Of a stretch of DNA of 64,000 bases, positions 39,537-53,283 are shown piece after piece. The notes under the pieces were generated by a model. The model saw only the letters and a list, made by a program, of their open reading frames with translations, was not told the origin of the DNA and did not search any database. The first letter of the stretch is position 1. Every line of letters starts with the position of its first letter. Position numbers and translations under genes: made by a program. Source of the DNA: Neoechinorhynchus agilis (taxonomy: Eukaryota; Animalia; Acanthocephala); the NCBI GenBank assembly GCA_051530055.1, contig CM121341.1, forward strand, positions 10,208,784 through 10,272,783, given 5' to 3'.

Positions 39537-40495
39537 TACGAAACGCTTACGCGGAGCTTAATCGATATCATTAGAGCGAGAGCGACGCTTTTCGATTATC
39601 GCTGTTGCTCGTAAACTGAGAAAGATGAATTATTTTTTCCTATGAATATGGAGCAGAATTATACTGTGAGTAAACATACTGCAAACCCAAAAATGTGGTC
39701 AGCAATGCATCAAACTCGATCGTAGGCTGATTGTTATCTTTTTAACAGACGGATTTGAGATTTGGAAAGGTTGCAAAAGACGGGATAACCGTAGTTGAGG
39801 GAGAGTAAAATAAAGCTGAAGTAAAATTTGTAGACATCGGGTTAAGGGATTCCTAAATGCCGGAAGCGTCTGAGGAGATCAATTTTAAAGGTGTTAAGCT
39901 TCAGGGAGAGAGCGATGGGCAAGTCCCATTTCGAATTTGACTAAAATTGGAGACCCAAAATTCATTGGGAGGTGACTCGTAGGATGCCAATTAGAAACTC
40001 GGGGTGGGATGTGGTACGAAACGCTTACGCGGAGCTTAATCGATATCATTAGAGCGAGAGCGACGCTTTTCGATTATCGCTGTTGCTCGTAAACTGAGAA
40101 AGATGAATTATTTTTTCCTATGAATATGGAGCAGAATTATACTGTGAGTAAACATACTGCAAACCCAAAAATGTGGTCAGCAATGCATCAAACTCGATCG
40201 TAGGCTGATTGTTATCTTTTTAACAGACGGATTTGAGATTTGGAAAGGTTGCAAAAGACGGGATAACCGTAGTTGAGGGAGAGTAAAATAAAGCTGAAGT
40301 AAAATTTGTAGACATCGGGTTAAGGGATTCCTAAATGCCGGAAGCGTCTGAGGAGATCAATTTTAAAGGTGTTAAGCTTCAGGGAGAGAGCGATGGGCAA
40401 GTCCCATTTCGAATTTGACTAAAATTGGAGACCCAAAATTCATTGGGAGGTGACTCGTAGGATGCCAATTAGAAACTCGGGGTGGGATGTGGGGT
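39537..40495. repeat. Tandem pair of a ~480-bp unit; third, inverted copy at ~34031-34655
   Basis: Unit runs tacgaaacgcttacg...ggggtgggatgtgg; about 300 bp of it is decayed LINE RT C-terminus on the minus strand (ILGLQF..KWD...LLRRFRHLGIP...YGYPVF). Confidence 0.88.
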
Positions 40496-41500
40496 AGCGG
40501 GAGAATGAGGGGATCATTTCGAACAATTTTGAGAAATTCAGATGGAGTTTGTCATTTCGTTGGAGGTTAAGAAAAGGGAGAGATGGGGTGGTGAATGGGT
40601 GATGGGGGTGATATTGTCGGCATATAAGAAAGGTTTAGAGTGATAGGAGGGAGGTTTGAGGTCGTTTAGGAAAATACTATAGGGAAGTGGTGATAGCACA
40701 GCAACTTGAGGTACGTCTTTGGTGAGAGATAGGCTGATAGAATAGGTGGAAAGGCAGTGGATGTATTGTTTGCGATTGTGAGGATAAGATTCGAGCCAGC
40801 GGATCGACCACAAGTTGAGACCATAATTGGAGCAGACCGGGAGAAGGAGTGAATGGTCTACTGAGTTGAAAGCTTTAGATAAATCAATGAATGAGACGGG
40901 TGACGTTGGAGGGATTATTGTCTAGGTTACGCAATAGCGTGTCATAAATGCAAAGTAGGGCATCAGTTGCAGAAAATTTGGGCGGGAAGCCGAATTTCAG
41001 GACCGTTAACATGTCGTTGAGTAGTGGAAGAAGGCGAGTTTTGAAACGTTTTTATATAACTTTAGGAAGAGCAAACATAATGGATATGGGGTGGAATTAT
41101 TCGGAGGAAATCGGATGTCCATTTTGCGAAAGAACAATAATAACTTTAGCAGTTTTACTGCATGGAGGTTGACGCCATATAAAAAGCTGTTGTTTATAAT
41201 GTGGGTAAAATATCGATGGGTTTGGGGATGATGTAGCGAAGAGCCCAGTTTGGGATTTCGGATTGAGAGGACGAATTTTTGGGTAATTTCTTGAGAGACT
41301 GTAATACTTCATATGACGAAACTAAGGGGAGTATCGGCGAGTTTACAAAAGTTTCAGGTGTGGGTGCGAAAGATTGTGCGGTGATTGATGTTGAGCAGTT
41401 ATTGTAAATTGAGTCAGGACCGAGGTTCTGATTAATGGAACTCTAGAACCTGTTTTAATTCAGTGGAGGTCAAATTAGGGAAGGGAGCCGGGTTGCGTAG
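40190..41500 (-). mobile_element. Decayed CR1/L2/jockey-like LINE reverse transcriptase
   Basis: Remnants of DLSKAF, VPQVAVLSP...FLND...LYADN and the downstream RT thumb. Confidence 0.75.
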
Positions 41501-42199
41501 ACAATAAGAGTCCCTGACGGCCCGCCACCATGTTGAATTGCCATCCGAACGAATTTTTGAGGAAAGTTTTTACGGGTGATAAGTATTTTGTTAGATTAAG
41601 CTATTTGTGACCGGGTGGAAAATATCAATCTTAAAAGTAAGTACAGCCGAGAATATAACTGCAAGTCAAGCTCGTTTAGAAATAGATATAGAGATAGCAT
41701 AAGACGTATTTTGAACTGGCATATTCTGTTACTTGCTGACGGCATGATATGTATGGTACTTGTCGGAATACTCGTAAATTCGGGAATGTTTCTTTGTTGT
41801 TTTAAATATTATTTCAGCGATTACAATGAAACGATTTGTGGAATTTTTGAACAGTGCTGCTGAAGCACTCAACAGGGAGGTAGCAATCAAATAAAATGAA
41901 CCGAGCAATGTCTTTAAGACGAGAGAATATGTGCAATATCTCCTACATCAGGCAAATTAAAGCCAATATTTTGTTTTAACGAGCTGATGCTTCTCGTTTG
42001 ATCGAAGAATAACCGCGTTGTTGTTTAAACTATCATGCGAACAATAATTTGTTATTAGTAGTGGTTTAGCTTCACCGATTCCGGAAACTTTCACATCTTT
42101 AGTATTTGATTAAGAACGTACCAGTAAATAAATTACAAATAGCAAAGCATTAAGGGCAAACTTTTATTTGGATTAACCCACTTTAACCCGTTTGCATCT

Positions 42200-43500
42200 T
42201 TTCTTGATAAAGTCAACTACCCCTTCGTAACAAACCTTGCTTTGTTCCGCAATGATCGCTCGCACGAATTTTTCGTTATTATCAATCTTGATATCAGTCG
42301 CTGACGAATTGAAATCGGTTGTGGCCTTCGCGTACGTTTGTGTGGAGCATGGTGGATATTAGTCGTATCGAATAGAGCTAAGCTACTATTGATGGACGCC
42401 AATAGCGAATCGAAGTGGTTAGTTAACCGCTTTTCGAGATTTTGTAAGTCGACCATTTACAAAATTTTGGCGTTAAATTGCTCCATCATTCGATCCAAAT
42501 TGTCTCGTTGGACATCCGAAGATCTTGTAACAGCTATACTTGTTGATACGAACGGTATCGGCGTCTGCACGTGATGAGATTGATTCGAAGGAGTCGTATT
42601 TATGCACTTTTCCCATGCCGTGCCAACGTTGAATGCAGCTACTTGCTTCTGTTAAGCCCAGAAAAAGTACTTCTTAAATTCACCATATGATTTGGCGAAC
42701 GCGTAGTGACCGATTTGACTGCAATTAGCACATCTCCGGGGACTTTTCGGACAAATGTCTGCGGTATGCTCCAATGCATAGAATGGGCACCGGATTTGCT
42801 TATTAGGCCATTTCTGCGTCCAGTGGCCCCATTGTTGACATTTGTTACATCGCGGATAATGAAAATCATCGAAATGATATGTATTGCCTGGAAAAAACAA
42901 CTTTTACTGGTGAGATCATCTCTGATGTGGGCAGAGAAGCCTTTACTACGGCCCGTGGAATCGGGGCGTTCGTTTTGCTTGACTTCAGAAAAAAATAATA
43001 TTTGAAAGTTGAAATTGTTTTCGAACTCCTTACGATCAGCTGTATCGACATGAGGAGACAATCTTGAGACAATGAACGTCGAATCATGGTTTCCGATCGA
43101 TAGGGAGATTCCTGTCATGTCGCAGTTCTTGACGACGAACTCCTTAAACTGCTCAAGATGATTTTTTGTAGACAAAGTGTATTTTAAGCTTTCCGCCGCA
43201 GTATGAAATCGACCGAACTCGCTCACGATCGTCTTTGATTGTTTTTAGCCATGGCGATAGCACTCGTGAGTGCAAGCTTTCTCGTGGCAGAATGGGGTTT
43301 GAATCTATGAAGGCCACATGCGGCCATCTTTTGGTAGGATGATCGATGTAGCAGCAATCGCCATTTGAATTGGGTTGTATCTTGTCCGATGAGACAGGAG
43401 TCGGATCGGAACAATAAGGTTGAGAAATGGGGGCCGTTTGCCACCCTCCGCTACAACGCAAGGTTGCAAAAACATTTTTACTTTATGAAAAAGCAACAAT
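42200..43500 (-). mobile_element. Decayed non-LTR ORF1 (gag-like, CCHC cluster)
   Basis: PRCNKCQQWGH...RCP...HTADIC...RCANCSQIGHYA, typical of I/jockey/R1-group ORF1. Confidence 0.7.
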
Positions 43501-43519
43501 ATATTAACCATGGCATCGT

Positions 43520-43710
43520 TATGGGTCACTGAGCTACCGTCCTGGTGTAATAGTTCAAAGGATGCAGCGTTCCCTAGTTGAAGGGACAGACTTATGTTTT
43601 GAAGGAGTAAATTTTCCAGTCCTCGGATCGTCTCAATCTCTTGGACAATTGATTGACTGGGTTCCGTGCAGCGGCACCAAACGACCCGAGAGTCTCGACG
43701 TCAAAGGAAA
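43520..43710 (-). mobile_element. CRE-type 3' tail fragment
   Basis: Minus strand VSFDVETLGSFGAAARNPVNQLSKRLRR plus part of the terminal hairpin. Confidence 0.7.
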
Positions 43711-43893
43711 CGAAATAATCACGAACATTACCATTTACACGAAGCAAAACAACGCGAAAAAACGAAGTTACAGGACATACGAAAAGCAACAAACCGCGAC
43801 AATTAAATAACTTCATTCCCAGCTTATGATTCTTTCAGGTATAAAAACAACATTAAGAGAGTTCAGGATCATAAGAATTACTAACATGTTCAA

Positions 43894-44660
43894 ATGATGG
43901 CCAGCGGGAAGTGCACAATGTCCGAGGCATTACGAAAGATATTGCATGAGATTAGAAAGGTCACATATAATCGAAGGCGAATTCTTTTAGTTGCTGTTTC
44001 CAAACTGCAGCCCATAGAAAAGATTCTTGAAGCTTATAAGTGTGGTATTCGTGATTTTGGTGAGAATTATGTTGAAGAGCTTATTTCGAAGTCCGATGAT
44101 CCAGTTTTGAGGGAAAAATGCCCAGATATTAGATGGCATTTTATCGGTCACCTTCAGAGCAAAAAAACATCGAAGCTTTTAAAGAGCGTGACGAGCCTTT
44201 ATATGATTCACAGCGTAGATTCGGTTCGATTGGCTGATAAGATAAATTCCTCTGCACTTCATGTGGCTTGATTTTTTTGAAAGAAAACTCGTAATAGAGA
44301 TCTTGCCAAAAGAAAATGAACGTATTGGTTCAAGTAAACTCAAGCGGAGAAGAGAGTAAAAGCGGTTTGGATGATGATGATCAAATCTTGACATTGTGCT
44401 CACACATTGTAGAGAAATGTTCAAATTTGATTTTTAAAGGTCTAATGACCATTGCATCACCGAACGAAGGCAAAGTGGTGGACGAATTCAAGTATATGAA
44501 TAGTTTGCGTCTTAAGGTATCTAATCACATCAATGTTCAAGTAGAAGAAATCGAATTGAGCATGGGAATGTCCAGTGATTATCTAGAGGCAGTAAAGGAA
44601 GGTAGCACTATTCTCAGAATTGGATCAAGTATTTTTGGTCCACGAAACAAGAATGAGTAG
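43894..44660 (+). CDS. PLPBP: Pyridoxal-phosphate homeostasis protein (YggS/PROSC family); intron 44263-44297
   Basis: LVAVSKLQP, FGENYVEEL, WHFIGHLQSKK, VLVQVNSSGEESKSG, GLMTI, ELSMGMSSDY, LRIGSSIFG; a 35-nt GT-AG phase-0 intron joins the frames. Confidence 0.95.
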
Positions 44661-44929
44661 CGCCCATGTATCTGAAAACTCAAAGAATTTTGAAATCTCC
44701 ATTGCGGGTGAATTTAACAATTGTATTCGTTACGTCATCGAAGACCGATGGGCACGAAAGAGCACGTCGAATTGCACGTTTAGAAGTGTCAGAAAACAAT
44801 GACGTTCATAAGTGCAACTTTACTCCGCATTGGACTTTTTTACATTCCCCGTCTACAAATAGCTCAATCGTGCAAAATACTTGTCGCCCGCAGGACTCTT
44901 TTGGTCTACTAAACTAGGATCCCTTCACA

Positions 44930-45760
44930 AACTTGTTCTCTTCTGAACTGAAACATGTCCTAAACTCCACAAATCAAAACCAATGCCCAAACACGAGTCA
45001 TAACCATTGCTCCATCTCAGATTCCACACAAACTTTCACTCCAAACAATTGACAATTCTGTCGACTCTTTAATACTCCCCTTAGTCTCGTCATATGAAGT
45101 TCTCCAACATCTTAAAAAATTACGTCGAAATTCGCCCCCTCAATCGGAAATCTAGAAGTTTACTATTAACCGCATAATTCCCGAGCTCATCGATTCTCTT
45201 ACCCTCATTATAAATCACTGCCTGAAAACTGCCAAAGTGATCCTTCTTTCGAAAAATAGACATTCGATTTAAACCGAATCATTCCATTTAATATCCACTC
45301 AGCCCCAATTTTTAAACATTCATCGAAAAATGTTTTAAACTCGTCTTCGTTCACTTCTCAACAAAAAATCATCGCCCCTCTGCAACCGATGGCCTACTTT
45401 TCATTTAAGACGTGCTTTTAAGAGACCACGACAATGATCCCTTTAACATCATCCGTGTCATTTAAATGGTTTTTTCGAACGCATTTGACTCCCTATGCCA
45501 TTCACTACTCCAAGCTTATTCTGATTTCGACTTAAACGCATTGCAAATCCACTGGCTGGCCTCTTAAAATTGCCAACAATACATTAACTGCCGTTCTACC
45601 CCCTCTATCAGCCTATCCCTCACCAAAGGCGTACTTCAAGTTGTTGTGTTGTCATCACTTCTCTTTAATATTTTTCTAAACAACCTTAAACCTCTGTCCT
45701 CTCACTCTAAACTTTAGTTATACGCCGACGATATCACCCTCATCACTCAATCAGCACCCC
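44930..45760 (+). mobile_element. Decayed CR1/L2/jockey-like LINE RT, same family as 40190-41500
   Basis: LTKGVLQVVVLSSLLFNIFLN...LYADD; shared tactccccttagt.tcgtcatatgaag block. Confidence 0.7.
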
Positions 45761-47099
45761 ACATCTGCAAAATTAGACGAGACGTTGAAAGTTTCTCTCG
45801 AGAAAATTTTAAATCGTAAGCAAGCCGTAAAATAGCTCAATCCGTTCTTGGCGAGAATTACACTTTAGATAAAGATTTTGTGGAGGCGCTTAATCTTTGG
45901 TGTGGAAATTTTGGCAGCGAGCAGGTACCCATCAATGGTTGCAAATAATCAGCTTGGAATTCGCTCCTGGTGGCGAGAATTCATAACTCTTCAATTTCAC
46001 GTTCTCGTGACCTGGTTAACCGAACTCGATTGTCGGCAGTCTTTACAAGAGAATCGGGTGCTTGGCTCAACGCTCTCCCAATCGCCTCTGTTGGTACCTT
46101 TGTCTCTGACGAGACAGTAAGGTTTGCAGTATCCCTGAGACTTGGGGTACCGATGCGCACATTCCATCGCTGCGGTTCTGACCTCAGATAAAGTGACCAA
46201 CAGAGCACTGTATAAGAGAGCCGGAGTCCAACCGCCCAGTGAATATTTGCGCCGCAGACGACTGCAGTTCCGGGCAATATAATTCGGTCCGAGGCATCTT
46301 GCCCACAGGTCGTGCAACATTCTTTTCTGGAAGCCAACGACATTGTATCGTAAAGGCAAAGGGAACTGTCGTACATACGACGTAGGAAAGTACCGTTGCA
46401 TACAATACAATACAATCGCTGCCGTTGCGATGCGACCGTGGAACCATCGGGACGCAATGGTCTCGTCTGTCGGCAATCAGGCACGAAGTACTCACGATAC
46501 GCCGAAGTGAACGCAATGCTCTTAGTCGTGCCCTGAATATTGGGAATGCGGCCGACATTTTAGAACCGAGCAATCTTTGCCGACTCGATGGTCGTAGACC
46601 GGACGGTGTCACAATATTTCCGGGGGAGGTTAGGGTGCACATTCCATCGCTGCCGTAGCGGAGCGACCGTGAGATCGTCGGGACGCCATGATCTCGTCTG
46701 TTGGCAAGCAATTGTCTAAGAGATTGAGACGAATCACAGGCGATCCGAGATCAGGAGCATTCAACGATGGAACGCTGCATCCGTCCTTTCGACTATTACA
46801 CCAAGACGGCAACTTAGTAATCCAGAGCGGTGGTGTGAATGATTTCATGTAAAAAACATTACCCAATATACAAAGTTTTCTGTGTAAATATAGCACTTCT
46901 TAAAAAAACATATTTTTCATATATTTGACCTCATGACTATGACCGTACGGTTACAAATACGGGACGGGTGGTGTGAATGATTTAATGAAATTTATAAATT
47001 TTTTAAAGGAAAACTTTACCCAGTAAACAACGTGTTCGCTAATTTTACAAACAATTTTTTAATCTGACCTCATCGTTAGTTTCTAATAAGCTCACAGTC

Positions 47100-50000
47100 T
47101 TGAGATACACCCTCACACCCAGCATGTCCGTGTGGAACCATCAGGACGCCATGGTCTCGTCTGTCGGCAATCAGGCGAAAGAACTAACGATACGCCGAAG
47201 TGAACGCAATGCTCTTAGTCGTGCCCTGAATATTGGGAATGCGCCCCAACATCCTAGAGCTGAGCAATCTTTGCCGACTCGATGGTCGTCGCAGACCGGA
47301 CAATGTCATAGTGTTCTCGTGGCGATTGGAGGCTAATGCATTCTCTGGGACACATAGATTTCGCCACCATTAAACCGGAGGGGCAACAGCAGCTGCTGTG
47401 GAACACAAAAGGACAAAATACAGGGACCTGAGTCGAAAACATTATTTTGTTCCCTTTGGCGTCGAATCGCGGCGCAGAATCTAGTCAAGCAATTGTTTAA
47501 GAGATTGAGACGAATCACTGGCGATCCGATATCAAGAGCATTCCTTCAACAAAACATAAGTCCGTTCCTGCAACGAGGGAACGCTGCATTCGCCTATTTT
47601 GACCATTACACCAGGACGGCAGCTGAGTGATCCAGAGCGGTGGTGTGAATGATTTCATGTAAAAAACATTACCCAATATACAAACTTTTCTGTGTAAATA
47701 TAGCACTTCTTAAAAAAAACATATTTTTCATATATTTGACCTCAGAACTGTGACCTTGCGGTTACAAATTCGGTTAGTATTTCAAGACTTTATTTTGGAA
47801 TCAAAAGTTGTTTAAATTTACCTACAATAAAGGTTTCAATATTTTCCGAACCCCCGAGAATCCGGATTTTATACCCCAAAAACGCCATATTTAATATTAT
47901 CATTGATCTACCGAGGATCGCGATCAATATACAGAAATAATAAATATTCTTTTAAGTAATGTACTATCCTAATTTGCTACTCCTCTGAACTGTCGCTCTC
48001 GGAATCGCTTTCTATTTGTATTGTCCTCTCGTATTGCCGAAACAGCTCACCGGGTTCAATTGATCCATTCTCGGGCGGTCTTGGAGGCAAATACGAATTC
48101 AAAAAGAATTGAGGCACGAATTGCCGATGAACTTCCAATCGTTGAGCAATTCTTGCACTGATGACGTAATTCAAAAGTTGTCTTAGTGAAGTACTCGGAT
48201 CCACGATTCGAAATCTTCTAAAATAATACCAAATTCGAACCGATCCGGGATGTTTTCCAAGAAACTGCGCGATTCCATTAATCCTTTCCTCATCAGGCAT
48301 CGGATTTTCTTGATAGGTAGTTTCTAAATAAGCCTGATCAATATCGGAGAATTGATCAGTACCAAATGATTGACTGTTTCCGTTTTGCGCCATATTTTTG
48401 GTTTGCGAATAATAGAAATTGGTATTTCGTTTCGTTAGTTTCTTGGTTCAACAAGGGTACCGCCGTTCAGCTTAACATCGTCTCAAGCAGTCACAAATAT
48501 TAGGTTATTTGTTAGTGAAACATATTTATTGTTGACATATCAATTCTCGATATTTATTGACGCGAATGTTTTTTGCGTTTAAGACAAAAAATACAAATCA
48601 TTGAATCTTTTGTTTTTTAACGTAAGGAATTCTGTAACATTTCGTTACGAAAAAACGATACTTCCCATAGATTTTTTGCGTTCTCTCATTTTGCTTAAGC
48701 GGATTTATCTCGTCATCGAACTTGGATTAAAATGATGATTTCGAACTTTAGTTCTGCTGATTTGAAAACGTTAAAACTAAAAAATCGATGGATCGAAGTC
48801 AGCAAACTGATACTGGGCCTTGAATAGGGCTGAACATTCTTGGAATTAATTTTCTGTAGAAATGATCGAATCATGTGAGAATTGAGTGCGTCTCGGTTTG
48901 AGATGGAAATAATCGTCAAACATAAATACTTCTTAGTTTAATGTCATCAAATAAATAATGCTCCATCGATAATTAACCATTAAAAAAATCTTGCTTACAT
49001 TTTCACGCAATCGCGCGTGTGAATTTAAGAATTCATTTATTGTGAAAATAAAAGATATCAATGTATCGATTTGAAATCGAATTTCCACAAACGGATCAAC
49101 ATTCACGTCCCCATTTTAATGGAAAAATCGCTAGACAATATTGAGCGTTGAATTGATGATTTTTAGAAAATTATTTTCGTTACTTTTAAAAGTAAACGAA
49201 ATATGGAAAACGCTCTGTTTTACAAGGTTATTACTTCAGAAATTTTTATCGTGCAATTTTTAGGCCTAAAATCATTGAATTTCGAACATCTCCACCTTTC
49301 AAGGGGACTAGAATGCAACATTATAAAATGTTGCATTGAAGCCTGAAGTTTCCAACTGCAGATATCGGCATTTTTGCTGGAATTAATCACATGCGTTTTA
49401 AATCTAAGCGATTGAGGTTGTAATCAGTGCCGGTCTAATCGCGATAAAAGTGATTCTGAGCGATCCATCTTAAAATCGCTTCACTTACAGTTATTGCCCT
49501 TTAATTCAGATAGATTTCGTTAAAGGCTTTCGAAATTTGTTATTTACACCTGAATGATTAGCTTGATTTTGTTTTTAGAGTGCAATTTTGAGCAGTTGTT
49601 CTACATCCCTTCGATAATTTTTGAGCTAAATTCCTCTTCTTTAATTATCTTTTATTCTTTAATTTAAGAATGCGTTCTGTGCTTTTAATCTGGTTTCATT
49701 GGAAGCATTTAGTGGTCCATTTCGAATAACAATGACGGCGGAAACAATCATCAAAAAAAGTCGATCAAATCGTGGACGCTTCTTGCGCTTTTCCTTTATA
49801 AGGGCAACACTTTTCTACTCGCCTTTTTCGCTTTTTTTCCGAAGATACACGATTCCCTAACCATAAAATTGGTGAAACTGTGCTTCGTGTGGTTCCTAAA
49901 AACTTCGATTTTTTAGATCCTTCACCTAAGTCACCAAGGTAAACAAAATATTTATTCTTTTATACCGAAGATTGAATCGAACGAATTCATCAGTGGCATT

Positions 50001-50762
50001 TAAATAACCGCAAATCACAACCATCAATGAATTGGTTGCTCTGTCACCGCACTGAAGTGAGTTTCAAGATTTCGTCTTCGGAGATGAAAATGATGAAAAA
50101 ATTGAGCTTCATGCGTCTTGAACGTAGTCGCCGAATCTCACCATAATGAGAAATCGGTATTCTGTCGTTGATGCGATTGTTCCATAAAGTTCAGCACGGA
50201 GACTCCAGGTGTGGTGTTCGTATTGCTTGTGGTACTCTGATCGCTATCACTCACGCTTCGAAATTGGAGCGCTGAAAATTATTCTATCGTTTTAGGACTT
50301 TTTTTGGGAACGCAAAGTCTAAAATTAACGCATTTGTCGTACCTTAAGCGTTTGCCCAGTGTAAAAATGCATTTTACAAAACAAAGTTCTACTGATCTTC
50401 GGTTTGAGTTTTTGTCATGATCACAGGTCAGGATGGTTGCCGTGGTCTCCGCTACTAAACCAGGGGATCAGCAATCGCTTCCATGGCTCGCAAATGGACG
50501 AAATACACGGACCTGAGTCGAAATCTTCATATAGTTTCCTTTGGCGCCGAGGCATTCGGGTCGTTTAGTACCGCGGCGCAGGACCTGGTCAAGCAATTGT
50601 CTAAGAGGTTGAGACGAATCACTGGCGGTCCGAGATCGAGAGCATTCCTCCCACAAAACATAAGTCTGTCACAGCAACGAGTTAACGCTGCATCCGTCCT
50701 TTAGACCATTACACGAGGACGGCAGCTGAGTGATCCAGAGCGGTGGTGTGAATGATTTCATG
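47100..50762 (-). mobile_element. Homeobox cassette copy 4 (inverted), bracketed by CRE-type tails
   Basis: Reverse complement of copy 3, including about 35 bp of its outer flank (50763-50797). Confidence 0.8.
47977..48393 (-). CDS. Divergent homeodomain protein, cassette copy 4 (138 aa)
   Basis: Intact ORF near-identical to copies 1-3. Confidence 0.8.
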   Translation of the reverse strand: MAQNGNSQSFGTDQFSDIDQAYLETTYQENPMPDEERINGIAQFLGKHPGSVRIWYYFRRFRIVDPSTSLRQLLNYVISARIAQRLEVHRQFVPQFFLNSYLPPRPPENGSIEPGELFRQYERTIQIESDSESDSSEE

Positions 50763-51152
50763 CCGGAAAAATTTTATTTAGAATTAAACAACTTTACCCA
50801 TTTTAAGACAGCATGTCATGCAAACTGAGTGTATTAACTGAGTTACCAAATTATATTTTACTCTTAAACTTTCAATTTAGCGTGTAGTTTTTTTAGAGGA
50901 CCGAAACAAGAATTTTTAGGAATTCTAAACAATTCAGTATTATAGGAATTATAGGAAATTGTACGAAAAAGGGCAGTTTACCGCTTACTGCAGCACCAAT
51001 AATATCGGCATATTTGTTAGCATTCCTAGTCATAGAAAAAGTGTCGTTCCTTAAAGTGGATGACTCGCGTTTCTTGTTAGTTTTCTAGTAGGCGTTTTCG
51101 TTTTCTTTATTTAAAGGTAGAAAAATCACACTGGTACAGTCTTGTTCACGAA

Positions 51153-51812
51153 ATGTCTCCGAGATACACCGTCTACTACTTCGATGTTGAAGGAAGGGGC
51201 GAAATAATTCGAATGTTGCTAACTGTAGCTGGTCAGCCATTTGAAGATATTCGATTTGAAAGGAATGATTGGGCTGAAAAGTATAAATCACAAATGCCAT
51301 TGAATATAGTTCCTGTGCTTGAAGTAGACGGCGAGCTTTTATTTGAGACCAGTTCCATTGTTCGATATCTTGGCAAAAAATTCGGCTTAGCCGGCCAATC
51401 AGATTTGGACGCTGCTCGATGCGATGCGGCTATTTGTGTAATCGACCACCATTTCGCCAAATTCGGGGAGGGATATCAAGTTGCTTCACCGGTGGAGCGT
51501 CAAAGAATAATACAGGATCTTTTTAACGATGAAGTTCCAAAACTACTCGCCTCCCTTGAGAAGTTGGAAGCATTGTTCGGCAAAGACGGATACATGATTT
51601 CGGCTCAATTAACCTACGTGGATCTTTATATCTATTATTTTATCCGTACATTGGAAGCGTACACTCGTCATCGGGTCCAAGCAGATTTTGTAGCGAGGAA
51701 TAAAAGATTAGTGGAATCAGTTCCCGCACTGAAGGAATATTTCGAAAAGCAAATGTCAATGAAGGACCTGTGGAAAGTGATCGAAGGCTTTTATCCTAGG
51801 TCGTCTGAATGA
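51153..51812 (+). CDS. Glutathione S-transferase, sigma-like
   Basis: YTVYYFDVEGRGEIIRMLL, QMPLNIVPVLEVDG, ETSSIVRYLGKKFGLAG, LTYVDL; intronless, 219 aa. Confidence 0.92.
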   Translation: MSPRYTVYYFDVEGRGEIIRMLLTVAGQPFEDIRFERNDWAEKYKSQMPLNIVPVLEVDGELLFETSSIVRYLGKKFGLAGQSDLDAARCDAAICVIDHHFAKFGEGYQVASPVERQRIIQDLFNDEVPKLLASLEKLEALFGKDGYMISAQLTYVDLYIYYFIRTLEAYTRHRVQADFVARNKRLVESVPALKEYFEKQMSMKDLWKVIEGFYPRSSE

Positions 51813-52268
51813 TAGACAATTGTGAACTTAATGGAAGTTTTTTCTGAATCTTGACACAGTAGAAATCACGTTTTCTTATTTGTGATTGAAGTCGAGTTTT
51901 TTTCATCTTTTATTTGTTGATCAAATTCAAGGAATCAATAGAGAGATCTAATGAAGAGTTCGAAAAGCGGTTGCCGCATTTTTAATAGAAAACAAGTTCT
52001 AGTTAAAGATTTGATGATTTTGTCGAAGCGATTAAACACTAAGTGAGTTGTAACATTCGTATGCATAACAGAATGCGAAAACAATGCATTCGTAGAAGCT
52101 ACTTCTTCTCACTCACTCATTTTTCCCTCTCTCGAGAGCTACTAACTTTCGACATTTATGGAAATTTATACTATTTTTCAAACAATTTTCGGACACGACT
52201 CGGTCAGATCAGATTTGTAGGTTTGCGATCAAGATTAATGATTAGGACAAGAACTTTTGAGTTATTAG

Positions 52269-52985
52269 AGCGATCCATCTTAAAATCGCTTCACTTACAG
52301 TGATTACCCTTTAATTCGGATAGATTTCGTTAAAGGCTTTCGAAATTTGTTATTTACATCTGAATGATTAGCTTGATTTTGTTTTTAGAGTGCAATTTTG
52401 AGCAATGTTTAAGCAAAATTCCTCTTCTTTAATTATCTTTTATTCTTTAATTTAAGAATGCGTTCTGTGCTTTTAATCTGGTTTCATTGGAAGCATTTAG
52501 TGGTCCATTTCGAATAACCATGACGGCGGAAACAATCATCAAAAAAAGTCGATCAAATCGTGGACGCTTCTTGCGCTTTTCCTTTATAAGGGCAACACTT
52601 TTCTACTCGCCTTTTTCGCTTTTTTTCCGAAGATACACGATTCCCTAACCATAAAATTGGTGAAACTGTGCTACGTGTGGTTCCTAAAAACTTCGATTTT
52701 TTAGATCCTTCACCTAAGTCACCAAGGTAAACTAAATATTTATTCTTTTATACCGAAGATTGAATCGAACGAATTCATCAGTGGCATTTAAATAACCGCA
52801 AATAACAACCATCAATGAATTGGTTGCTCTGACACTGCACAGAAGTGAGTTTCAAGATTTCGTCTTCGGAGATGAAAATGATGAAAAAATTGAGCATCAT
52901 GCGTCTTGAACGTAGTCGCCGAATCTGACCAAAATGAGAAATCGGTATTCTGTCGTTGATGCGATTGTTCCATAAAGTTCAGCAC
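52269..52985 (-). repeat. Partial inverted cassette copy without the homeobox ORF
   Basis: Matches ~49428-50200; it joins the GST spacer at ...gttattaga|gcgatcc. Confidence 0.85.
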
Positions 52986-53283
52986 GGGAAAATGTTTTAA
53001 ATCTCGCATCATTGGTTTCGAGAGTTTTACTTCTCTGTCACTGTGGCAGTGTCCGAATCGCTTCCACGATGTGGATAACCCCGGGATCGTCATCGATCAA
53101 TCGCCGCTTGCAGGTCATCTCGTCGACAACGTTGCTTCGAGTGCAAATCGAATCTTGCTTCTTAAATTTTCTTTCGGTCCAAAGCCGCTATGAGCACCGA
53201 GCAGTCATATAATCATTATTAATATTCTTTTGTCCTTAAAGACATAATAAATCCTTTAGCAAATAAGAAACAATCATTTTGCG

